A stretch of 64,000 bases of DNA from Hypanus sabinus (taxonomy: Eukaryota). The notes beneath the pieces are model-generated. The model was not told the DNA's origin. It was given only the letters and a program-made list of their open reading frames with translations, and searched no databases. The first letter of the stretch is position 1, and each line of letters begins with the position of its first letter. The stretch lies in NCBI RefSeq assembly GCF_030144855.1, contig NC_082714.1, positions 95,232,001 through 95,296,000 of the forward strand, in the 5' to 3' direction. Shown here piece after piece: positions 1-10,622 of the stretch. Both the position numbers and the translations under genes were made by a program.

Positions 1-281
1 GGCAATAATAAATCAATTATCAATTCCTTCGGCCAACATTAGCTGAACAAGTCTACCACCCCATGCTTACTGTGTGCCATCCAGCTGCTGTATTGGTGCT
101 TATTGCAAAAACACAACATTCCAGGAGGATTCTTAGCAACACAAAGCAGACAGCAATAGCAGAGCATGCGTGGAGTTGATCTGTATGTAGACATCGCATG
201 GTTGCAGGAAAGGCAGCTAGCACTTCCACACAGCAAAGACGGGAACGGGCCTCAACCATCATAACTAGCCTGAGCTCACTG

Positions 282-484
282 ACCAGTTAAAACCCCAACC
301 CCAGGGCACAAGAGAGATGTGGTCATGGTGGGATCAAGCCAGACGGAGTCTGGACAAACAGAACTCGCTCTTCAATGTCAGATACCAACTAAACCCCAAC
401 CCCAGGGCACAGGGGAGACTTGGTTATGAGGAACACATGGTCACTGTAGATGCAGAGGACAGGGAATGTCAGATCAGTCAAAAC
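282..484. repeat. Degenerate ~101-bp tandem duplication
   Basis: aaaccccaaccccagggcaca occurs at ~290 and ~391, and both copies end in aatgtcagat. Confidence 0.6.
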
Positions 485-959
485 ACTTGGGATCTGCAGT
501 AAACACACACACACACACACCAGTGCAACTTCACTGAGCGTGGCTCTGCAGAATGCGCCAAAATTGCTGTTCAAGCTGTAAGGACAGCCTCAATATACCA
601 GGATGTCCCTTTAGAACAGTGAGAAGGAGGAATTTCTTTAACCAGAGGGTGGAATTCATTGCCAAGGATGGCTGTGGTGGCCAAGTCATTGAGTATATTT
701 ATAGTGGAGGTTGATAGGCTCTTGATTAGTCAGGGTGTCAAAGGTTACAGGGAGAAGGCAGGAGAATGGAGTTGAGAGGGATAATAGATTGGGAAAACGC
801 GATGGGCAAATGGCTGAATTCTGCTCCTATTTGTCTTATGTTCTTCAAGTCTTCAACAATCCAGAGTGGGATTCACACCCACAGCCAGGTGTCCAAAGCG
901 GGGAGAAAAGGCAGGGATTCAAACAAGGTTCAGGCAATACCATCTCACTCAGCACTCAC

Positions 960-980
960 CAATTGCAGCTCCTCCTCTGT
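960..980 (-). CDS. MEF2D: MEF2D beta microexon (21 nt, TEEELQL), probably alternatively spliced
   Basis: Minus strand reads ctcctgcttttccatgctgtcag|ACA GAG GAG GAG CTG CAA TTG|gtgagt. Same 7-aa length, phase 0/0, acidic character and position as the mammalian MEF2D beta exon TEDHLDL. Confidence 0.9.
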
Positions 981-1116
981 CTGACAGCATGGAAAAGCAG
1001 GAGAGGCACACAGTCACCGAACAGCACAGGAAATACACACCTTGAGAACACCCACAGCCCTCCAGCCCACCATGCCCTAAGCATGCTCTGTCAACATCTT
1101 AAGGAGATAGATTAAA

Positions 1117-1433
1117 GCCCCCTCCACACTGTCCCATCATACACTCCTGAAGACGGACACAAAGTGAAACTCCTTCTACACACACTCCAAGGGTCAGACA
1201 CAGAGTGAAGCTCTCTCCACACTGTCCCATCACACATTCCTGGGTCAAACAGAGTGAAGTTCCCTCTACACCATCCCATCACACACTCCTGGGATCAAAT
1301 ACAGGGTGAAGGATCCCTCTACACCATTCCATCACACACTCCTGGGATCAAATACAGGGTGAAGATCCCTCTACACCATTCCATCACACATTCCTGGGGT
1401 CAAACACAGAATGAAGTTTCCTCTACACCATCC
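1117..1433. repeat. Minisatellite, ~51-bp unit, about 6-7 copies
   Basis: Recurring unit ccctctacaccatcccatcacacactcctgggatcaaatacagggtgaag. About two reverse-complement units occur at ~41960-42080. Confidence 0.9.
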
Positions 1434-1588
1434 TGGTGCTCCATCAGGATACTCTGCAATTCCCAGAATTATGCTTTCCTCCTTTCTCACCCATCCCATT
1501 TTAAATAACTAGCACACTAACCCCCCACTCCCACTCCAGCAGCCATGGAAGGTCAGTGAGCAGCTGCCCACTGTTCGCTGGGACTTAC

Positions 1589-1764
1589 CAGGGAGCCCAT
1601 CAGTCCTTTGCTCTGCGAGGTGATGACCCGAAGGTCCGGCTTTCGGCTGTTAACAAGTGGCAGCTGTGCGACAGGGGGCGGCGGCGACTTTGGCGGCATC
1701 ACCTTGCCCAGACTAGTGGTGGTGAGCAGTCCGGGCGAGGACCTCTGGTTCACGTAACCGTTCC
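1589..1764 (-). CDS. MEF2D: MEF2D coding exon 6 (contains the SRKPDLRVIT docking-type motif)
   Basis: 176 nt encoding (G)NGYVNQRSSPGLLTTTSLGKVMPPKSPPPPVAQLPLVNSRKPDLRVITSQSKGLMGSL. Acceptor ctgttttgttgcag|, donor CTG|GTAAGT, phase 1/0. Confidence 0.95.
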
Positions 1765-1872
1765 CTGCAACAAAACAGGGCGGGGAACAATAAGTCACAA
1801 GTAGTCAACTACCCCAGGTCAGAGGAGGGTGCAGATACTGGAGGCGCTCAGGAGGCTGAGCAGCATCTGATG

Positions 1873-2217
1873 AAGTCACAACCTGCACTAGGATAGAGTG
1901 GGAAGTACAAAGGTCATGACCTTGCACCAGGATAGAGTGGGGAGTATAAAGGTCATGACCTCCACCAAGACAGCTGGGAGTTCAAAGGTCATGATCCTGC
2001 CCTTGGACAGAGTGGGGAGTATAAAGATCATGACCTCGCACCAGGACAGAGTAGAGAGTAGAAAGGTCATGACCCTGCACTCGGACAGAGCAAGGAGTAT
2101 AAAGGTCATGACCTTGCACCAGGATAGAGTGGGGAGTATAAAGGTCATGACCTCCACCAAGACAGCTGGGAGTTCAAAGGTCATGATCCTGCCCTTGGAC
2201 AGAGTGGGGAGTATAAA
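1873..2217. repeat. Minisatellite, 39/36-bp unit, about 9 copies, with 192-bp higher-order period
   Basis: AGGTCATGACCT-like cores start at 1911, 1950, 1986, 2025, 2064, 2103, 2142 and 2178. The units starting at 1911 recur 192 bp later. Confidence 0.95.
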
Positions 2218-2862
2218 GAGACAACCAGTGTAAAGAGGGGAACGGCAGGCGTGACACAGGAGAGAACTACCTCCACCCATGATTCTTCAAACACTCTTCC
2301 AACAGGGGTTAAGAAAACCTTGTCGCTTAGTGTGTTGAAGACCAGTAGATAACACAGTACACAGTATAGTACAGCACAGTACAAGCCCTTTAGCCCACGA
2401 TGTAACCTACTCCAAGATCAATCTAACCTTTCCCTCCCACACAGCTCTCCATTTTACTATCATCCATGTGTCTATCTACGGTCGCTTGGATTTCCGTTAC
2501 CATCACTCCAGCAGTATGCTCAATGCACTCACAACTCTGTTAAACAACCTACCTCTGACATCACCCCTATACTTTCCTCCAATCACCTTTCAATTATACC
2601 CTCTCATACTGGCTAGGTAACAGTTCAAAGTAAGTTCATTATCAAAGTACATACATGTCACCATATTCAACCGTGAGATTTGTTTCCCTAAAAACATACT
2701 CAGTAAATCCAAGAAACATAATAGAATTAATGAAAGACCGCACCCAATACGACAGACAAACAATGCGCAAAAGACAAACTGTGCAAATCCAAAAGAAAAT
2801 AATAATAATAAATAAATATAGAGAACATGAGATGAAGAGCCCTTGAAAGTGAGTCCATAGGT

Positions 2863-5800
2863 CAGGTTTTCTCAAACGGAGTTCTGCTTAACACTAGGTT
2901 GCTACGGGTTCCAAGGGAGATTGTGATTTTAAAAAATAAACATCGTTTTTTGAACTTCGCACAGGTCGCAATGCCAGCGCTCGCACTGGTGGGCAGTGAC
3001 TGAGCAGTCCCGTTAGCAATCTCGTTAGAGGTCTCTCAGCCTGGTATGGCAGTGCGTAATACGATGGTGTTTATTTGGCTGAGTCCACTCTCAATTTTTG
3101 AAGCAAGATATGGAAGGCCATTGATAGTTGGAGAGTGCTGTATTGCGGTGGGGGGGGAGGGAGGAGGACGGGAGGCTGATAAAGAGCATGAAGTTCCTTT
3201 TCCAAGCATTGAATGGACTCACTTGCTCAACATGGGCTCTTGATGTCAACTTCTCCCTCCTCAACTTCCCCTTATGTGCTGTCAACTAACTTATGGAAGA
3301 AAACACACTCTACCGGTTTAGTGGAAAATTGGAGGTCATCATCAATAAAATGGCCCAGGAAGCGAGTCATTTAGTAGCAGAACTTATAACCCAGAAAAGG
3401 AGAAGTCACACAGTTGGTGAGAACCTAATAATGCCAGCATGTAAAATTATAGTGGGTAAAATGCTAAGACAAGATAGAGTACAAGAAATTGACAAGGTTT
3501 CACTGTCAAACAGTACGAACAGTCGATGTGTTGATGACATGTCGCATGACGTTGAAGAGGTTTTATGTGATAAACTAAAATAACACCAACTTCTCAATCC
3601 AGGTTGATAAGTCAACAGATTTCATCAATAAATGTCATGATGTAACATTTGTAAGATTTGTAAATGATAGTGAAATTCAAGAAAACTTTTTTTGTTGGCA
3701 AGAGCTGCCTGAAACAAGCGAAGACCAAGGCATATTTAAAGTTTGGAAACAAACAGTCTGTCCTGGAGGAACTGTGTTGGCATCTGTGCTGATTGTGCCA
3801 ATCAATAGTTCATGAGAGGATTCATCTCTCTTGTAAAAAAGAAAATCATGACATTGTCACAACATACTGCTTTCTTCACAAAGAGAGGTGCTGATGTTAA
3901 AAACTCAGAGGAAATGAAAACAATTCAGGATGATGCTACAAAAAAGATTAACTTTATTAAACGACTAGTTCACTCGAGAGTGTTTAAAAACCCGTGAACC
4001 TGGACAAAGAGCACAACAATCTCCTGCTACACACAGAAATCTGGTGGCTTAGCAGGGAAAGAGTTTTCAACAGGGTGCTTGAGCTAAAAAGCGAATTGCA
4101 GGAGTACTTTCAAGAAAATAGTAGGCCAGATTTTGCTGGGTGCTTTGAAACTGAAGAAAAGCTACAGAAACTAGCCTACTTAGCAGAAATTTTTCATCAT
4201 TATGAACCAGCTGAACAAGTCTCTACAAGGCCCTGGAGAAAATACAAATACAACTACAAAAAAAAAATCAACAAAATGGAGATTTATACAGTGCAAAACA
4301 AATGTGTCTAATATATAATTCATAATAATAAGGAAAAAGCACCCAAAATAAAATCATATAAAGTTAGTATCCTCCCTACCCTCCCACTACAGGTCAACCA
4401 CTTCAATGTGTAAAAGAAAAATTAATCAGAGCATTCAACCCCAAAGAGTTGTAAATATATATTAAAAAAAAGAAAATATACCAAAACTATAATGTAATAC
4501 ATATCAATAAAATCCGTAAAACTGACAGGAAAAAAAGCTGAAAGTAAGGGATTATAGTACAAAAAAAAAGAATAAACTTAATCTAAAGAGGAGTTACGAA
4601 AGTATTCAAGAAAAGGTCCCCACACCTTATGAAACCTTATGTCCGAATTGAGAAGTGAATAATGAATCTCTTCAAGGTCTAAACAGGACATAATATCACT
4701 AAGCCATTGAGCATGAGTGGGTGGGGCAACATCTCTCCACCTGAGAAGAACCATCTAGCCAAAAGAGAGGCAAAAGATAATATTCGCCGTTTAGTCGGAC
4801 TCAAATGCATGTCTACTTCTCCTAAGGTGCCGAAAAGAGCAACCAGAGGGTTAGGTTCTATGGGGCAATTAACAACATGAGATAAAGATAAAAAAAACCT
4901 CTCTCCGGATTTTCTTCTGACAAGAACAAGCCCAGTACATATGAATAAGAGAAGCCCTGCCCCCTTTACACTTGTCACAGACTGGACTAATGTCAGGATA
5001 AAACCGCGATAATTTAGTTTTAGACATATGAGCCCTACGTATAAACTTTAAACTGCAAAATTTGCAATCTTAACTGCAAAAACTGCAAGATATTTCTTTA
5101 TCTGAATTTGGGATTCAATTCTTAAGTCAGTTAAAAAGAAACCTTGAAATGTTTTCACTGCTGCTTAGGCTTGAGAGTGAGGAAGGATCAGAAAGTCTCG
5201 AGTCTTCTTGTAAACCACCTGGAAGAACTGCAAAACAAAACTGAACAGTATTTTTCCTCCCTTTCAACAATGGGTGAAGGACCCTTTCTCTGAATCTTCT
5301 GCTCAGCCTGAGAATTTGACTTTGAGAGAAGAGGAAGCACTTTGCGAGCTGCAAACTGATCATGCACTCAAGGTAAGATTTACTGAGCTGTTGCTAGACA
5401 AGTTCTGGATTTCTGTGAAAGAAGAGTATCCTGCCATTCATCAGAAAGCAATGAATCTATTGCTGCAGTTGTCAACTTTTTACAAGTGTGAGCAAGCTTT
5501 TTCTTGTTTAATAAGCATCAAGAGAAAGGATAGAAATCGTCTCATTTCAGTTGAAGGTGAAATCCGTGTGTGCTTAACTCAAGTTCGACCCAGAATTGAG
5601 TATTTTTGCAGCAAAAATCAAGTGCAGGTTTCACAGGCTAGGCTGATATTTGAGCCTGATCACATCACTTAGTAAGAAAAAGTTTTTTCAAAATCTTGCA
5701 TAAAATTGTGTCTCAGGCTATATTTTTATTTATATTGCTTTGGCTTTTGGTTTTTAGTAACTTTACCATTCAACATTGTCAAAAATGTTCATGTTATACA

Positions 5801-6200
5801 CAGCATTAATTAAAATAAATTTACAACCTTTATTTAAATTAAATACACCAAGCCTACCTTCAGAAAAATTAAACTCCCATTTTAGCTTAAGCCTGTTCTT
5901 TAACAGAAATTTATTATTTGCCTTACGAGTTTTTAAAATTAACGAAAGGGAAAGAAAGAGATTAATTTCAAGAAAGGTAAACTAAGCTTAACTACCTGGT
6001 TTTTCAAAAAAGGTTGGTTAAAAATCATTCTCAACTCAAAAGAACATTGACAATTATTTTTGGATTCCTCTATTTACAACTTATTGATCACACTAATGCA
6101 CCATGAGCTGTAGATGTAAAAATTTTTTACATAGGGGTTCCCAGAGGTCTGAAAATTATTTCAAGGGTCCTTCCAGGGCAAAAAAGGTTGAGAAAAGTTG
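2863..6200 (+). mobile_element. hAT DNA transposon (Buster/Charlie, ZBED5/SCAND3-like transposase), decayed
   Basis: Exact 8-bp TSD CCATAGGT at 2855-2862 and 6201-6208, with central TA. Imperfect TIRs caggttttctcaaac / gttgagaaaagttg. Frameshifted transposase fragments (SHTVGENLIMPAC; LLLHTEIWWLSR; FWISVKEEYP...CEQAFS dimerisation domain). Confidence 0.93.
4243..5060 (-). mobile_element. L1/Tx1-clade LINE 3' fragment nested in the hAT transposase
   Basis: Interrupts the transposase after ...SLQGPGE. The minus strand carries L1 ORF2 C-terminal motifs (CDKC...IHMYWAC; HAQWLSDIMSCLDLE) and an AT-rich 3' UTR. Ends approximate. Confidence 0.7.
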
Positions 6201-6559
6201 CCATAGGTTATGGGAACAGTTTAGAGATGGAGCGAGTGAGGTTGAGTGAAGTTCGGTGTGGGCCCTGAGGCCCCTGTATCTTCTTCCTGATGGCAGAGGC
6301 AAGAAGAGAGCATTGCCAGGGTGGTGGAGGTCTTTAATGATGGATGCTACTTTTCCGTGACAGTGCTCCTTACAGATATGCTCAGTGGTGTTTAGCCATG
6401 ATAGACGAGCCCATATCCACTACTTAATGTAGGATGTTCTGTTCCAGGGCATTGGTTTTTGCATACTAGACCGTAATGCAACCATTCAATATACTCTCCA
6501 TCAAAGAAGATTTTTAGATGTCATGCCAAATCTTCGCCAGCTTCCAAGGAAATAGAGGT

Positions 6560-7165
6560 GCTACCATGCAATAAACCTTCAATGGTCTCTAGCTGTCCAC
6601 ACTATCGATGCCTCTTACCATTTTATACACCTCTATCAAGTCACCTCTCATACTCCTTGCTCAACCTTTCCCATAAGACAATCTCCCTAATCGTAGTAAA
6701 TCTCTTCTACTTCCTCTCTAAAGCTTCCACACCCTTCCTATATGAGGTGACCAAAACTGAATCCAAGGTGATCAAAGTGTGGGCTAAACAGAGTTTTATA
6801 GAGCTGCAACATTACCAAACTGCTCTTGAACTTATTTACCTGACTAATGAAGGCCAACACACCTTCACCACCTTATCAATTTGTGTGACAACTTTGAGGG
6901 ATCTATGTACATTCCTCCACACGGCTATGAATCCTATGAACCCTGTACTCTATCTTCAAGTTCTAACTTTCTGAAGTGAAACACTTCACACGTTTCTGTT
7001 TTGAATTCCATCTGCCACTCCTCAGCCCAACTCTGCATCCTGTCAAAGTCCCGTTGTATCCTATGACAACCATCTTGGCCATCCACAACATCACTGACCT
7101 TCGTGTCATCTACAGATTTACTAACCAACCCTTCTACTTCCTAGTCCAAGTCATTATAAAAAAAA
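6560..7165 (-). mobile_element. CR1 LINE ORF2 3' fragment
   Basis: RT C-terminal remnant (DDTKV...IQRDFDRMQSWAEEWQMEF...CEVFHF). Confidence 0.8.
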
Positions 7166-8492
7166 ATCGCAAAAGGCAGCAACATTGTGGCAAAGGGGTA
7201 CAAAATCAGTCACAACTATATTGAGTGATGGAGTGACACACTCTTGCTTCTCTTCCTCACGATCTCTGGTATCTGCAACTATCCTAGATCCTCACATCCT
7301 CCCCCATCTCTTCAACTTCTTCCAGTGAAAAAAGGAGACTGCAAATATTGGGACCTTGAGCAGCAAGCAAACTGCTGTAGGAACTCAAAAAATCAGACAG
7401 CAGCTTTGAGGGACATGGAGAGTTGGTGAGATGAAGGAAGACTCGTCATCTTGACTGTGTTGGGGAAGGTATCAGCAAAGTGGAGAGCAAGCAAAGGATT
7501 CCACACTGACCAGCAAAATACACACTCCAAGAACCACAGACCCACACACACACACTCGCACATGGAATCGCTCAGTCCTGGATCTCTCAAGTGAGCTCCC
7601 CAGCCAACTGTGAACCTCTGGCAGAATATCAAAGACAGGACAGTTCGTTTGGCAGAGCCAGCTGCACCAAAGTCTTTGCATCACTGACTGGATGGTTTGT
7701 TAGTTGGGAACAAATTCTGGCCCTATGTCAGCAGGGAGACTGGGCACACTTCAGAGTGGGCACACATCCACTGGAAGGGCACGATCCCAATACCATGGTG
7801 CCACCCCCTCCCTCATGTGTGTTTACAGACTTGATCCATCCCCAAGTGATTTATTGTCACTTGCACCAAGAAACAGTGAAAAGCTTGTCACAAAGTTACG
7901 GAGCACAGAAATTGGCCTTTTGGTCTATGCTGACCCAATTTTCTGCCAAGTCCCATCTGACTACACCCCTTCAAACTCCTCTCTCCAATGTACCTATCTA
8001 AAGTCGAGAAAGTCTGCAGTTGCTGGAAATTCAAAGCAACTCACACAAAATGCTGGAGGAACTCAGGAGCTCAAGCAGCATCTATGGAAAAGAGTGAACA
8101 GTTTGACATTTCAGGCTGAGACGCTTCTTCAGTCTTCCAGTTCCTCCAAACTTCTATTAAATGTTACAACTGAACCCACATCTAATTCCGCTGGTAGCTC
8201 AATCCACACTCTCACCACCCTCTGAGTGAAGAGGTACCCCCTCAGGTTTCCCTTAAATATTTCACCTTTCACTTTAAACCTCTGACCTATCATCCAACCT
8301 GAGAGTCCACCTTTGAGGAAGCTCACCAGGATACACCCTCCTCAGTTCTACCATCAGGGAGGAGGTACAGGAGCACACTCAACATTTTAGCAACAGCTTC
8401 TTCCCCTCTGCCATCAGATTTCTGAATGGTTCATGAACTCACAAACGCTACCTCACTATTTCGTTATCTTTTTTTATTTCTCGTTGTATTTA

Positions 8493-9026
8493 TACAGTGC
8501 TGCACAGAAGTTTTAGGTACACACACACACACACACACACCCCCACCCCCCACCCCCACCTACCTACCTACCGAGCCTAACACTTTTACACAGTACTGTA
8601 TTAATTTTGCTATTGCAACAAACAATCATGACATATGTGAGTGAGGATAAACCTGATTCTGATATGGGTCTTTACTGTAGATTAAGAGAGGGAAGGGTGA
8701 AGGGAGAGGGGAATCATATTTGGGAAGATGGGGAGGAAGAGGGGAGAGAGCGAGAAGCACCAGAGAGACATTCTGTAATGATTAATTAACCAAATGCTTG
8801 GAATCAAATGACCTTGCCTGATGTCTCAGGGCTGGGTGTGTCTGCACATGCATCCTTGGCACTCCTCTGTCACCTGCCCACATCCCCTCATGGCACTCCA
8901 CCCTTGCCATTCCCAATGTCCTTTGCTCCTGCCAGATTTACAAACTCACTCTATGCTCCAGTATTGACAATTACAGTCCTGTACGAAAGTCTTTATATAT
9001 GCTCAAGACTTTTGCGCAATACTGTA
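8493..9026. mobile_element. Composite non-autonomous Tc1/mariner-like element, copy 1
   Basis: Two short hairpin modules with TA-CAGTACTGTGCAAAAG-like ends flank a ~370-bp core. Homologous copy at 43333-43878. Confidence 0.6.
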
Positions 9027-10235
9027 ATCATTTATGTACTGGACATAAAGAAAATAATTTTTCTTGCATACTGTTCATACACAGTACATTGAAGTAGAAC
9101 AAACTAAAACGATTACAATAACATGCAAGGTCAGCATGAGGTAGATTGTGAGTCCATCTTACTGCATAGGGAAAGATTGTAAGTAATCTTTAACATGGGG
9201 TAGAAGCTGTCCTTACAGTTGGTCCCACTCCAGGAAGTCTGTGGTGGGTGGGGGAATTTAGATTATGCTTTACTGAAGCAGTGAGAAGTGTAGACAGAGT
9301 CCACAACAGGGAGGCTGGTGCTGAGCTGTGTCCACAACTCTCTTGTCCCCTATATTCCCTGCCCTGCTGTTGTTCAGAGGCTCCATTCAATATATATATT
9401 TATTTAGTGATACAGTATGGAATATCCTCTTCTGGCCCTTTGAGCTGCACTGCCAGCAACTCTCTGATTTAACCATAGCTCAATCACAGGACAATTTACA
9501 ACGACCAATTAACTTCCTAATCAGTGCGCCTAGGACTGTGGGAGGAAACTTGAGCACCCGGACGAAACACATACATTCCATGAGGAGGACGTACAAACTC
9601 CTTTTAGAGGACGGCGGGATTGAATTCCGAACTCCGACTCTCTGAGCTGTAACAGCATTGCATTAAATACTAATGTTACTGTGCTGAAGCAACAGCAGAT
9701 TTCCCCTGAGCTGCCTGTACCAGGTGTGGATTAGATGAGTCACCCAGTGATGGCAGCAGGTTCTTGCGTTACTGGATTGTCCGGATCAGAGCCATAGGGA
9801 AGAGCTTGGCACTGGCCGAGCTGCTGCTCGCTCCTGTAGGGCTGACAGCTACAGAGAGTGTTGAATGTCAGAATTGACGTCACCTGCATTCCTTGAATGT
9901 TTGAAACCGGAGTGTGAGGTAATCCAGCACTGCCAGTGGTACCTTAGCATTCTGCTGAATCTTGCTCTCCTGGTCTGGCCCCTCTTTTGTCGATATACCA
10001 TTAAAAAAAAAGATTCTGTCTGGATTCATCATGGCTTGGTAAGGTAACTGCTCCCTCCATGAATGCAAGAAATTGCCGATTTGTCAACACAGCTCAGCAC
10101 ATCACAGAAACCAGCCTGCCCTCTATCGGCTCTGTCTACAATTCTCACTGCCTCAGTAAAGCAGCCAGCAAGTTCAACAACCCTACCCATAGAACATAAG
10201 ACCATAAGATATGGTCTTAAAACCAGAAAGTAAGA

Positions 10236-10622
10236 TATGAGGGGAGATTTGACAGAGGTGTATAAAATTATGATGGGTATAGACAGAGTGAATGCAAGCA
10301 GGCTTTTTCTACTGAGGCTACGGGAGAAAAAAAAAACCAGAGGACATGGGTTAAGGGTGAAGGGAGAAAAGTTTAAAGGGAACATTGGCGGGGCAGGGGG
10401 GCTTCTTCACACTGAGAGTGGTGGGAGTGTGGAATGAGCTGCCAGATGAAGTGGTAAATGCTGGCTCACTTTTAACATCTAAGAAAAACATGGACAGGTA
10501 CATGGATAAGAGGAGGATGGCGGGAAATGGTCCAGGTGCAGGTCAGTGGGACTAGGAAGAAAAATTGGTGCGGCACAGCCAAGAAGGGCCAAAAGGCCTG
10601 TTTCTGTGCTGTAAAATTCTAT
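10236..10622 (+). mobile_element. CR1 LINE 3' end
   Basis: MRGDLTEVYKIMMGIDRV...TRGHGLRVKG plus a typical 3' UTR, tail-to-tail with the minus-strand CR1. Confidence 0.85.

Noticed and set aside
1-959. Next constitutive MEF2D exon (NxQRL...LTTPVVSVATP)
   Set aside because: No matching coding sequence seen; it presumably lies left of the window.
1873-2217. CRISPR-like look (palindromic core at regular spacing)
   Set aside because: The intervening sequences are copies of each other rather than unique spacers, there are no cas genes, and the context is a vertebrate intron.
1888-2280. Repetitive ORFs on both strands (130 aa and 111 aa)
   Set aside because: They are open only because the minisatellite units are 39/36 bp (multiples of 3). 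They are intronic with no protein similarity.
3293-5672. Domesticated ZBED5/SCAND3-like host gene
   Set aside because: Multiple frameshifts and stops, an L1 insertion, and flanking TIR/TSD show a dead transposon.
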